Positions 1-9,317 of a stretch of DNA of 64,000 nucleotides are shown piece after piece. The translations under genes were made by a program, and so were the position numbers. The stretch is from positions 1,488,001 to 1,552,000 of the forward strand of contig OZ316775.1 of the NCBI GenBank assembly GCA_973851085.1. The letters run 5' to 3'. The notes beneath the pieces are model-generated. The model was not told the DNA's origin and made no database searches. It saw only the letters and a program-made list of their open reading frames with translations. Positions within the stretch are counted from its first letter, which is position 1, and each line of letters starts with the position of its first letter. Source of the stretch: Ptychomitrium polyphyllum (Eukaryota).

Positions 1-906
1 TAAGGAGGTGTTTTAAACATGAAGTTATTAAAAACTATCCAAAAGATATGTTAATTGTTCTTTGATTACTAAAATTAAAAGCTATAATTTATTTAAAAAA
101 AATACCTTACAAGATAAAAGAGTAGTAACTTGTGAAAGGCATGCATATAAGTTCCTTTTTAATTATTCAAATTATTTTGTATAAATGTTCTACAAAATGT
201 CCAATAATACAATATCTTTCATCTTTCATAAAAATTGCAACATCCTAAAAGAACAATTGTGCATCAACTGGCACAAAGAAATGAAAATCTAAATACACTT
301 CGTTACGATAATAACCTGCCTCGTCACTACATGAAGTTTGTGTGTGACCAAGCACCCCGGCCGCAAAAAAAGTTGCACCAACGACACCCCCACGCTGGTG
401 CTGGAGAAGAAAATGGCACATGCATGCGCGAGCAGACTCGCAGTGGAATGCCTGAGAGCACTGGGCCTCAAGTTCAAACCCTAGTGCCCCCTGTACTCCA
501 CGACCACATGACGAACCCATTCGAGTGGACGCCGTGTCTCCCCGGTGCCCACTCTCCGGATAAGCCCGCTGCCCTTCTCTACCACTGCTGTCTCCATCAC
601 ACTCCCACCCCATGGGACCCACCCCAAAACCGTCACCACACTTCGAAACCAACAGATTCTACCACTTTTGTACATATGAAATATGGAACTCTACATGTTT
701 GATTATAATTATCGGTTTTGTGTACGGTGACGGTTTTGGATGTTCGTCTCCGAAACAACCACCTTCTCGCTGCAAGCGTCTAGAGTTCTCTGCGATTGTT
801 ATTGCCGTTGTCTTCGATTCCTCTAAAATTTCAATTTTTCTTGTTAGATTATAGTTGCTGCTTTAGAGGATATTCTGCCAATTGTTGCAGTAGAATTTGA
901 TCGGCC

Positions 907-1971
907 ATGGAGCTGGTTGCAGGCCTGGCGATGTCTGCTTCCACTTCCAAGCTGATGATGTGCAGCTGCAGTGGGAGGACTGTGCGTGCGGTGAAGGGAG
1001 TGCAGGGATTGGGGTCGGGGTTGCGGAGAAGTCGTCAAGGGGAAAGGAGATGGGTAGCGGTCATGCAGGCGAGGGGCTTGAGGCGGGGAGTGGTGGTGAT
1101 GCAAGCGGGGCAGTCGAAGAATGGGGAAGTGACGCCTGGGGATGAGTCTGATTTGGATGAGAAGATTCTGCCCTACTGCGACATCAGTAAGAAGGGGAAG
1201 AGGACGCTGGGGGAGATGGAGCAGGATTTCCTTGAGGCGTTGCAGAGTTTTTACTTCGATTCGAAGCCGATAATGTCCAATGAGGAGTTTGATAATCTGA
1301 AGGAGGAGTTGACATGGGAGGGTAGCAGTGTTGTTATTCTGAGTTCTGACGAGCAGCGGTTTCTGGAAGCATCGTTGTCGTACGCTGCTGGGAAGCCGAT
1401 TCTGAACGATCAGGAATTTGACCAATTGAAGCTGAAGCTGAAGCAGAAGGGCAGCAAGGTCGCCCTAGCTGGGCCGCGGTGCAGTCTCCGGAGCAAAAAG
1501 GTGGTGAGCGATGCGACTGTGGATTACCTCAAGATGACATTGCTCAACTTGCCGGCTGCGCTCATTGCTCTGGGGTTGGTGTTCTTCTTGGATGACATTA
1601 CAGGGTTTGAGATCACCTATTTGCTTGAGTTGCCGGAGCCCTACAGCTTTTTGTTCACGTGGTTCATCGTCTTGCCGGTGACATTCTTGATCGCGCAGTC
1701 GCTCACAAATCTTGTATTGAAGGATGCCCTTATCTTAAATGGCCCATGTCCGAATTGTGGAGTCCCTGCCAACAGTTACTTTGGAAGTATATTGACCATT
1801 CCCAGTGCAGGTCAGGTGAATAACGTGAAATGTGAAGCTTGTGGTTCTAACATGCTTTTCGATAAAGAAACACGTCTGATTACACTTGATGACAGCCGAC
1901 CTCCGGAGCCTAAGAAGCCAGTTCGGAAGGCAGCGAAACCTGCGTCGGAGAAGGTCTCTACCTCAGCTTAA
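907..1971 (+). CDS. PGRL1: PGR5-like protein 1 (PGRL1), chloroplast thylakoid cyclic electron flow component; single coding exon, 354 aa including a transit peptide
   Basis: Uninterrupted ORF with PGRL1 signatures: ILPYCDI, EMEQDFLEALQSFYFD, MSNEEFDNLKEELTWEGSSVV, GPRCSLRS, FFLDDITGFEITYLLELPEP, two hydrophobic helices and CPNCG/CEACG cysteine pairs. The N-terminus is Ser/Arg-rich, like a transit peptide. Confidence 0.95.
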   Translation: MELVAGLAMSASTSKLMMCSCSGRTVRAVKGVQGLGSGLRRSRQGERRWVAVMQARGLRRGVVVMQAGQSKNGEVTPGDESDLDEKILPYCDISKKGKRTLGEMEQDFLEALQSFYFDSKPIMSNEEFDNLKEELTWEGSSVVILSSDEQRFLEASLSYAAGKPILNDQEFDQLKLKLKQKGSKVALAGPRCSLRSKKVVSDATVDYLKMTLLNLPAALIALGLVFFLDDITGFEITYLLELPEPYSFLFTWFIVLPVTFLIAQSLTNLVLKDALILNGPCPNCGVPANSYFGSILTIPSAGQVNNVKCEACGSNMLFDKETRLITLDDSRPPEPKKPVRKAAKPASEKVSTSA

Positions 1972-2626
1972 GTTGGAAATGAGAGTCACGGATGAGAGTG
2001 ATTGGTACATCTCCAGATTGGGTTGAAAGTATTAGTCGAAATTTAAAGTAAGTCGAGTGAAGAGAAATCTTCGTTGACACACTGCGCTATTTACGGCAGT
2101 TAGATTTGGGGTTAGCTAGCGTCATATCTGAGGAGTATAAGCCGCTCTATTTGTCATTATCGTTGTGAATAGAGTAAGAGGATTGACACATTGTAAGAGT
2201 ATATCCAGCTACAAATGCCTAATACTGTCATTCGAGCAGTTGTAAAATAGTGGAACAAGTGGACGCTTGCGGTAGCCTGCCTTCATACCGATGGAGTCGT
2301 AATATTGAGAAAAGGAGGCTCCTTGATTTTTGTGGCGTCCCTTGGCACCAGGAAAAAATATGAATCAATTTCTACGTCCTGCAATTACATAAGATTTTGA
2401 TTTGCATTGGACTCTGCTGGATCGAGAGAAACGATACTCATGAATGCGATTGATATCATTGGTATTAACACAGTATTTACAGTGTCTGTCTATAGCATTA
2501 TCCCAGGGAAGTACGTACTATACATAGATCCCAATGCTTAGCGAGTTCTGAGCTCAGTTTCTTGATTAATTTGACAGAATGTAGCTATGATGTTCTGCAA
2601 GAATAACCATGAACTGCATGCTAACA

Positions 2627-3854
2627 TCATCTTGCATTGCCGAAGCTCTGATAATAGTAAGGCCGACCACTTGGGTTTACGCCATAGCTCCCGTCACCAT
2701 TCATTCTCCTGTTGGCGATTACCACCTTCCGAGCTTTATCCTTCTCTTGTTGCTCCCGTTGCACCCTCTCTGCTCGTAACTCCTCCATTGTCTTCCTACC
2801 AGTCTTGGGTTTCTTGTCTTTCTTCTTCAGATGCTTTTCTGACCATCCAGATTTCTCTCTGTGTCTCTTGCTTCGCTTCAATGCTCTTTCTTCATCTGGA
2901 TTCGTCCAATCATTTCGTCAACAAATAAGAAATCAGAACTGTAAATTGAAATCGACCAAAACCAATCTTGTCACATCTTTGACAATTTGCAGACTCAAGG
3001 GATAATTGCTAGCTTGTAAGAGCAGCTAAGTCAAGTATGAGTCCCATGAAGCTCAAGACAACAGCATATTTGACACTAACGAGCTACACTTTGACAGACG
3101 ATGTTATAAGCAGGACACAGAGACCATAAGCAGAGTAACACAACATGTCGTCATTAACCCTAATGATGTGAAAGAGCATGCACAATGCAAACGGGAAGGA
3201 AATTGTCGGGTGATAAAGTCAAACACGTTGTACCACAGGAGAAACCATACCAGGACTTCTCGACCTCAATCTGCGAGAACCCCCACCAACGTCACTAGTT
3301 CTCTCGACCATGAAACGCTTCGTAGAATACCAAGGTTTCTTCCCAGTCTTCCCAACAAGCCCACAACCGAATTCATAGCCTTCGTCTTCCGGCGCACGCA
3401 CCATTTTCTCCATCTTCTTTAATTCTCGAATATCTTGCTTGTCAAGACCTCCTCTGCTTCCAACTTTCAGGTCGTTTATCCAATCCTTCCTATCATTAGG
3501 GTTCGCACTTCCGTGCCCAAGATCACTAGGAATCTCAAACAGGTTTAAATGCTTAGGCCGTTCAGCATCGACAAGCACCTCGGCCTCACTCTCTCGTTCA
3601 TTTTCTAGCAGTGACTGCTCTTTACCTTCTCCTTCTATAATCCGCAACTCACTCGGATCCCTCCTCTTCGCCTGCGCAGCTTCCCGCAGCTTCTCCAGAC
3701 GCAATTCGGCATCCCGTTGCCGGGCTTGCTCCTTCTCTATAGCCTCCTCACGAGCAGCCTTTTCCTCGTCTCGCTTAACCTTCTCTCTGTTGTCGAAGTT
3801 GTACACATTCCACCGCTTCTGCGGCAGAATATTCAAACCACCATGGCCTCCCAT
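2627..3854 (-). CDS. LENG1-like / CBF1-interacting corepressor N-terminal (Cir_N) domain protein; 2 exons (3854-3251, 2895-2627)
   Basis: The N-terminus MGGHGGLNILPQKRWNVYNFDNREKVKRDE is typical of the Cir_N family. Donor GTATGG at 3250 and acceptor CCAG at 2896 join in frame (..RSP-D-EERALKRSK..). The C-terminus reads KTMEELRAERVQREQQEK...YYYQSFGNAR. Confidence 0.85.
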
Positions 3855-4033
3855 CGTGACGCAGGTATCAACCTCTGCTCACCTAACTCCTAATTCCGCA
3901 AACCCAATCTCAATCAATCAGAACAAAGCACGCAATACACATCAAAACTGCCCCTCCCAACTGAGGAAGCTCCTAGGCCACGATACGATCAACCTAACGT
4001 AAATCCGCTGCTCATTCGCCTACACCAAGCACG

Positions 4034-4163
4034 AAACCCTAACTTATACTTTTCTGAAGAAAAGCTCTCTCCACCTCATCGCCCGACCTGTACGAGGCCA
4101 CTGGATAGAAATCCTCTCATGGCAATGCAAATCTCCTCTCGTGTGGATCAAACAAAACCCTAA
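4034..4163 (+). promoter_or_regulatory. Two telo-boxes (AAACCCTAA at 4034-4042 and 4155-4163) upstream of the LENG1-like gene
   Basis: Exact telo-box nonamers 180-310 bp upstream of the ATG at 3854. Telo-boxes are known plant promoter/5'UTR elements of housekeeping genes. Confidence 0.5.
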
Positions 4164-4396
4164 CGCTCTGCAGCGGAGAGCCGCAACAGTCGTGCGCGCA
4201 CCCAAGTGCAGAACAAACGCACGCTTCGTCGACCTGAGAACTTACTCACCGACAATTAGAAGTTTTTTTGAAAGGCCGATGCTGCCTGTGACCTTGTAGA
4301 CTTTGTAACGCCATGTACGCATCTATTAGATGATACTTTTTTTCTGTTCAGTGACGGTTTTGGAGTAGATTCCTTTGGCCGAACCAATTGCGCCAC

Positions 4397-4450
4397 GACA
4401 ATGCTACCCTATTGGACAATGCTACCCTATTGGACAATGCTACCCTATTG
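4397..4450. repeat. 18-bp tandem repeat GACAATGCTACCCTATTG x3
   Basis: Three exact copies at 4397, 4415 and 4433, followed by a degenerate fourth start (GCCGATGCT). Each junction forms ATTGG, a reverse CCAAT box. Confidence 0.9.
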
Positions 4451-5775
4451 GCCGATGCTGCGTTCGCCGCCAAACAATACGGTGGGTATGTATCGTAGTA
4501 GTTTGGCCTAAAAAATGGTTGCCTTCATTCAAACTCATGGCTTTTATTTTCACTAAAATTTCACTCCTAGTAAAGTTTTTCTTTCGTGAAATTTGAAGCG
4601 CCCCTCAAGACGTTAAGGGTTAGTAACAAGAGTATTTGTAATTTATCCCATACTAGCAGAAATCACAAAACTATCCTTTGAGGGTGGGAATGCAATTGAC
4701 AGTTGTAAAATTCCAATAATCAAACACTGCATTTAGCTTGTACTGGTAATTACAGGAAAGTCCAACATCAGACCCTGATTGCATATCATCCGGTCTTGTC
4801 CAGATCGACGGCACAGGGGAAGAAAGTAGAAACTACAAAGAAGAAATTCCACATAGTATCTAATGACCTGCTTCCAGGTGGGCGTCCCACGATTTTCAAT
4901 CAGGACGAATTATAAACTTTTTATTGAGATGTACGACACAATTTTAATCTCTCTCATCCAATAATACTTCATCTGCTAAGCCACCGCCAGCATTCCACCT
5001 TTTCGTTCGCCTGCACCGACGACATTCATCGAGAAGCCTGCAGCGAAACTGCTCGCGAACGCCAACTAATATCTCAGCGAACTTGAAGCTCACGCTCATC
5101 CAAAACGAGTTCAACCACAAGCTTAGAGCCACTGTTACCAGTAGATCATCCAATATCCGTGTTTCCTCCCACAGAAGAGCATGGAATTCATCCATAATTC
5201 CCATCCCCTCAAAATTCGAATGGGACCCAGAGGTTCTGTTCCAAAAGGAAACTTCTTGCGAACTCCAACGCGTCACGATCCAAGGCCATGATGGCGATGC
5301 TGCGCTTTCTGCCAACTAAATGCATGCAACTATCATCATCCAAAAGACGTTCATCCACGACGCCACCACGGCTAAGAAATATTCCCCTAAAACGTCAGAC
5401 CCCAAAACAAAACTGCGGTCAAGAAATTATATATCCACGATAAACCTTGAATTCTGTCCTCTCAGGTCTACAAAAACGCAGAATTTTCCGTTTTCCATAC
5501 CACCACATTACACCACTTCCAGAAGATCTACACCCTTTTTAGATCCGAGGAAGTGAACTGTAAGGTGCCAGCAGATGATGTTGGTTTTAAAGTCTGTAAC
5601 GGATTCCGCTATTTGTATCCCTCAATACTTCATCTAATCCCAACGAACTTCATCCGATATTGGACGCAATTCATGCAAATACCCAATATTCTGTCGAATA
5701 GGCTACAGAGTTGTGTATGTGAGCGCGAAGGTGCTGCCACTTCGATCGCAGCGAAGCAGTGGATTCTTAAAAGCC

Positions 5776-8700
5776 ATGGCGATGCTGCGTTGTGCGCCAA
5801 ATGCATGCAGTGCCACCGTCGTCACGGCTTCCGCTCTCCGCCACCACCACTCGTAAGCTCCTCCCCTTCCTCCTCTCATTCCTTCGATTGCTTAATCGCT
5901 CAGTCGCTCAATCGCTACTCTGGTCGCTGTTGCACGGAGTACGGTCAATTGGTGTGCTCTAGTGTTTGTTTCTTGGCGTTGAAGCTACAGCGGATTAGGA
6001 AGGTACAGTGTAGAGGAAGTGCAGATGGCAGGTAGAGAATCGTTGTTTGTTCAGCTTGATGATTGCGCTCGTCATGTTGTTTTCTTGGCAATAGAGGCCG
6101 ATTCGGCGGCTAAGATAGGATACGGGGAACGCTTGGAAGCTTCTTCTTTCGCTATCTCTTTTAACCTCCAGTGCTCAATTGCTACTCTGCTTGTTGATGC
6201 AACATTAGCAATACGGTCCGTTGTAGTACCATGTGTCACAGATTTGAAGCTATAGTGAATAGAAGTTGGCAGATAACTTATTGCTTATTCAGTATGGAGG
6301 TTGTTCTCGTCCCGTCGTTTCTTGCAGTTAATAAGTTTATTTAGGCAGGATAGGGTAGGATACTGTTCGGGGAATAGTTTTTTACAGTGTGAGATTTTGA
6401 TGTTCATGTGAGTGATTTGTATTTTAGTGCATGTCTCAGGAATTGATTTTGCAGTTTGATTTGGAGTGGTGATTTGGTGGCTTAATCGTAGTTACGCGAT
6501 GAGTTGTTTTGATCGCATCCGTGTTGCGTGCTTTCGTCTTATGTAGATATGCTTCTCTGTCAGGAGAAAATAAAGAGTATTGCACATTCTTTGCTGTTAG
6601 AATTTGAGCATGATCCTATAATTCATTTTTATTTTTCTTTTCTGCGTTTCTTCGCAGTAGGAGACAATTAAAGGACGCTAGATGTGTTCAGTTTCCACAA
6701 TTCTGTGAGAGAAATCTTGGAGATCGCTTTTCATTCCCATCAGCTAAAGTATTGCTGCCAAGTTTTAATTTCGGCAGAAAGTGTACATTAGCAACACTCA
6801 ACATGGCACCCAGGTACATTCAATATCAAAAGCGTTCTTATTTCGACAATGTTGTGAGTCGCTTTGCGAGGACATTTATCAGTCGATCAGTTCTGTTGGT
6901 CTTGTCACTTCATCACTAGGTAATTGTAGTTACTTGGAACATGTTCGACGTGTCAAAGCTGTGCCTAATGCATACAAGTGTGGTGGATTGCAGCTTTGAG
7001 AACTCTCACGTTCTCGATTCCAAGTCCTCATGCCCGCCACTTTTCGATGGCACACCTAGGTATGCATTTCCTTTTTTCATTGTTTTACAGCACAGACGAA
7101 AGAAACTATGCGATAGTGGTAATGATGTTTGTATGATGGTTTTTTAATGCGTGATTTGCTCAAAGTGGCAAGAAATGATCGTGGAATTTCAATAGGAATG
7201 CGCAGTGTTGTCACTTGGTTAATGACTATTATGGCTGGGTTTTTGAATGAAGGCTTTATTTCAGCTCCAGGTGTCCTTATGCCCAGCGAGTCTGGGTTGC
7301 TGTTAAGTACAAGGTAATTATTGATGTCATCTCTTTTTAGGAGGGTCTTCGGAATCGCGTCCGATAGAACTCCTTTCATTACTGAAAACTCAGGCTAGTT
7401 TCTCAAGGTCAATGCAGGCTAGTTTGGTAGTGCAATAATTGCAAGGGATTTTCTTGCAGCAAGAAATGAGTTGTTTATATCTACTCAGGGATTCTAGGCT
7501 TCTAAGTTTTTTGTTTCACTAAATCGATAACCACAATAGGATCAAGCTAACTCATTTTCTTGACCTGTCCGATCGGATCCTGATATTTTCATTTTTTATG
7601 CGGTCGATGTGTGCAGGGACTGGATGAAATAGAGTGCGTAGAGATTAGTCTTTCTGATAAGCCCGCCTGGTATAAAGAAAAAGTGTATCCCGTGGGAAAA
7701 GTAAGGATTGCAGTCTTCCTCATTTTAAAAAAAAAATTATTCCATGACCTAGATGTCATTGAGTTAACTCTTCGGGTATACGATTATTTTGCGGTTTGCT
7801 TGCACAGCGCATTAGTTCTTTTCTGATATTTTGAGAGTTTTCAGGTTCCAGCTTTGGAGCATGATGGTAAAGTGACCGGCGAGAGCATGGATTTGCTTAC
7901 TTACTTGGATGAACACTTTGGAGGACCGAAACTCGCACCTACTGTAAGAAACCTGATCAGTTCAACCTGTCCTGGTTTTTTTATTTCCGTGAGATTTATG
8001 GCTTTGTCTTTGGAGGTCGTATCAAGTGTCTTGTTTTTCATGGTATCGGTTCACGTGAATGTGAGCAGGAGGAAAGCAAGAAACAGGCAGCTGCAGAAAT
8101 TGTGGAGTATGCCGACACTTTTACCAAAATAGGATTTACAGGACTGAGCATGAAGAATTCTACTCCTGATGAAATTGGTGCAGTTGTAGGTATGGTACCT
8201 GATGTCAAGTGCTCTTTGGCGCTCTTGTTCAGCATGTAATATGCTTTTTCATGTGTACGTTTCTACCTGGTTGAAATCTATGGAACAGTTATAAATGCTA
8301 ATAACAGATATGCAAATAGTGTTTGGAAATTGATTCTTACTTCTATTGTCTTCGTCACTTTTGGTTTGTGCAGCTCCTGCTTTCGATTTCATGGAGAATG
8401 CTCTTGGAAAGTTTTCAAGTGAAGGACCATTCTTTTTGGGCAGTTTTGGAATTGTGCGTTTAATTTTCTTCCTTGGGATTTCTAGTCAATGGAAGTGAAA
8501 TTATTGGCCAGGATTGATCCAATTTGAGTATGTAATGTGTTTGAAGTTAACGTTATTCTTTGTACTTCTGACAGGTGGATATAGTCATTGCTCCGTTCAT
8601 CGAAAGATTTGAAATTGCGTTTGGTGGGATCAGAAATTACGACATCAAAGCCGGCCGACCAAAACTTACTAAGTGGATTGAGGTAATTCGACGTTTGCTA

Positions 8701-9317
8701 TGTCTAAGCACTAGATGCAGTTACAGAATTTAACAGAAGTACTCATTTTAACTTTGTACACGCACAGTGCTTCGTCAACCTAATGATATGGTTGTTGCCT
8801 CGTAAATATTCTTTCTCAAAATATTTGAATATACTGTTGGCGCGTATTTCTACATTGTTAAATTAAATTCAGACAAAGTCCTACATATTGATCATTGTTA
8901 CTTTGAGCAGGCCCTGGACAACGTAGAGGCGTACTCCAGCACCAAGTCAGAGCGTAGTACTTTGCTCGAACTGTACAAGAAGATGCTGGTAAGACTCCCA
9001 ATTTGATACCCGTATTGGATTTATACTTACGATGGGGTTAAGTCGTAATGTAATTAATGATGGGGATTTGAAGTTTAAAGCTCTGGATAGCGAAAAGTTA
9101 TCTGTTATTGCAGAACTTGTCAAAGCAAAGCTCAAGTCTGGAACTTTGGATTATCGACTCCTTAAATTTCGAGAAGCTGATGTTTTCACGGACTAAAGCA
9201 ACTCTGGCAGAGTCTGATAATTTTGGTTTGATTTTGCAGAATAGTGACTACTTCAAAAAGGTTGGTGTTGTTTCGGACCAAAGCAACTCTAGTGGAACGC
9301 CAGTAACTGCCAACTGA
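5776..9317 (+). CDS. GSTL: Lambda-class glutathione S-transferase (GSTL / In2-1-like), about 11 exons, probable plastid transit peptide
   Basis: Spliced exons read: MAMLRCAPNAC..HHHS | RRQLKD..TLNMAPS | FENSHVLDSKSSCPPLFDGTPR | LYFSSRCPYAQRVWVAVKYK | GLDEIECVEISLSDKPAWYKEKVYPVGK | VPALEHDGKVTGESMDLL.. | ..| PAFDFMENALGKFSSEGPFFLG | VDIVIAPFIERF..RPKLTKWIE | ALDNVEAY.. | NSDYFKK..TAN*. The CPYA active site is Cys-type. The first exon (5776) is the least certain. Confidence 0.9.

Noticed and set aside
235..702. 155-aa and 135-aa ORFs upstream of PGRL1
   Set aside because: Non-ATG starts, no recognisable motifs, and they lie in the probable PGRL1 promoter.
4384..4397. CCAAT..CCACG resembling an ER-stress element
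   Set aside because: The spacing (4 nt) fits neither ERSE-I nor ERSE-II.
4397..4450. Short direct repeats as a possible CRISPR-like array
   Set aside because: The units are contiguous with no spacers, in a eukaryotic context; this is a simple minisatellite.
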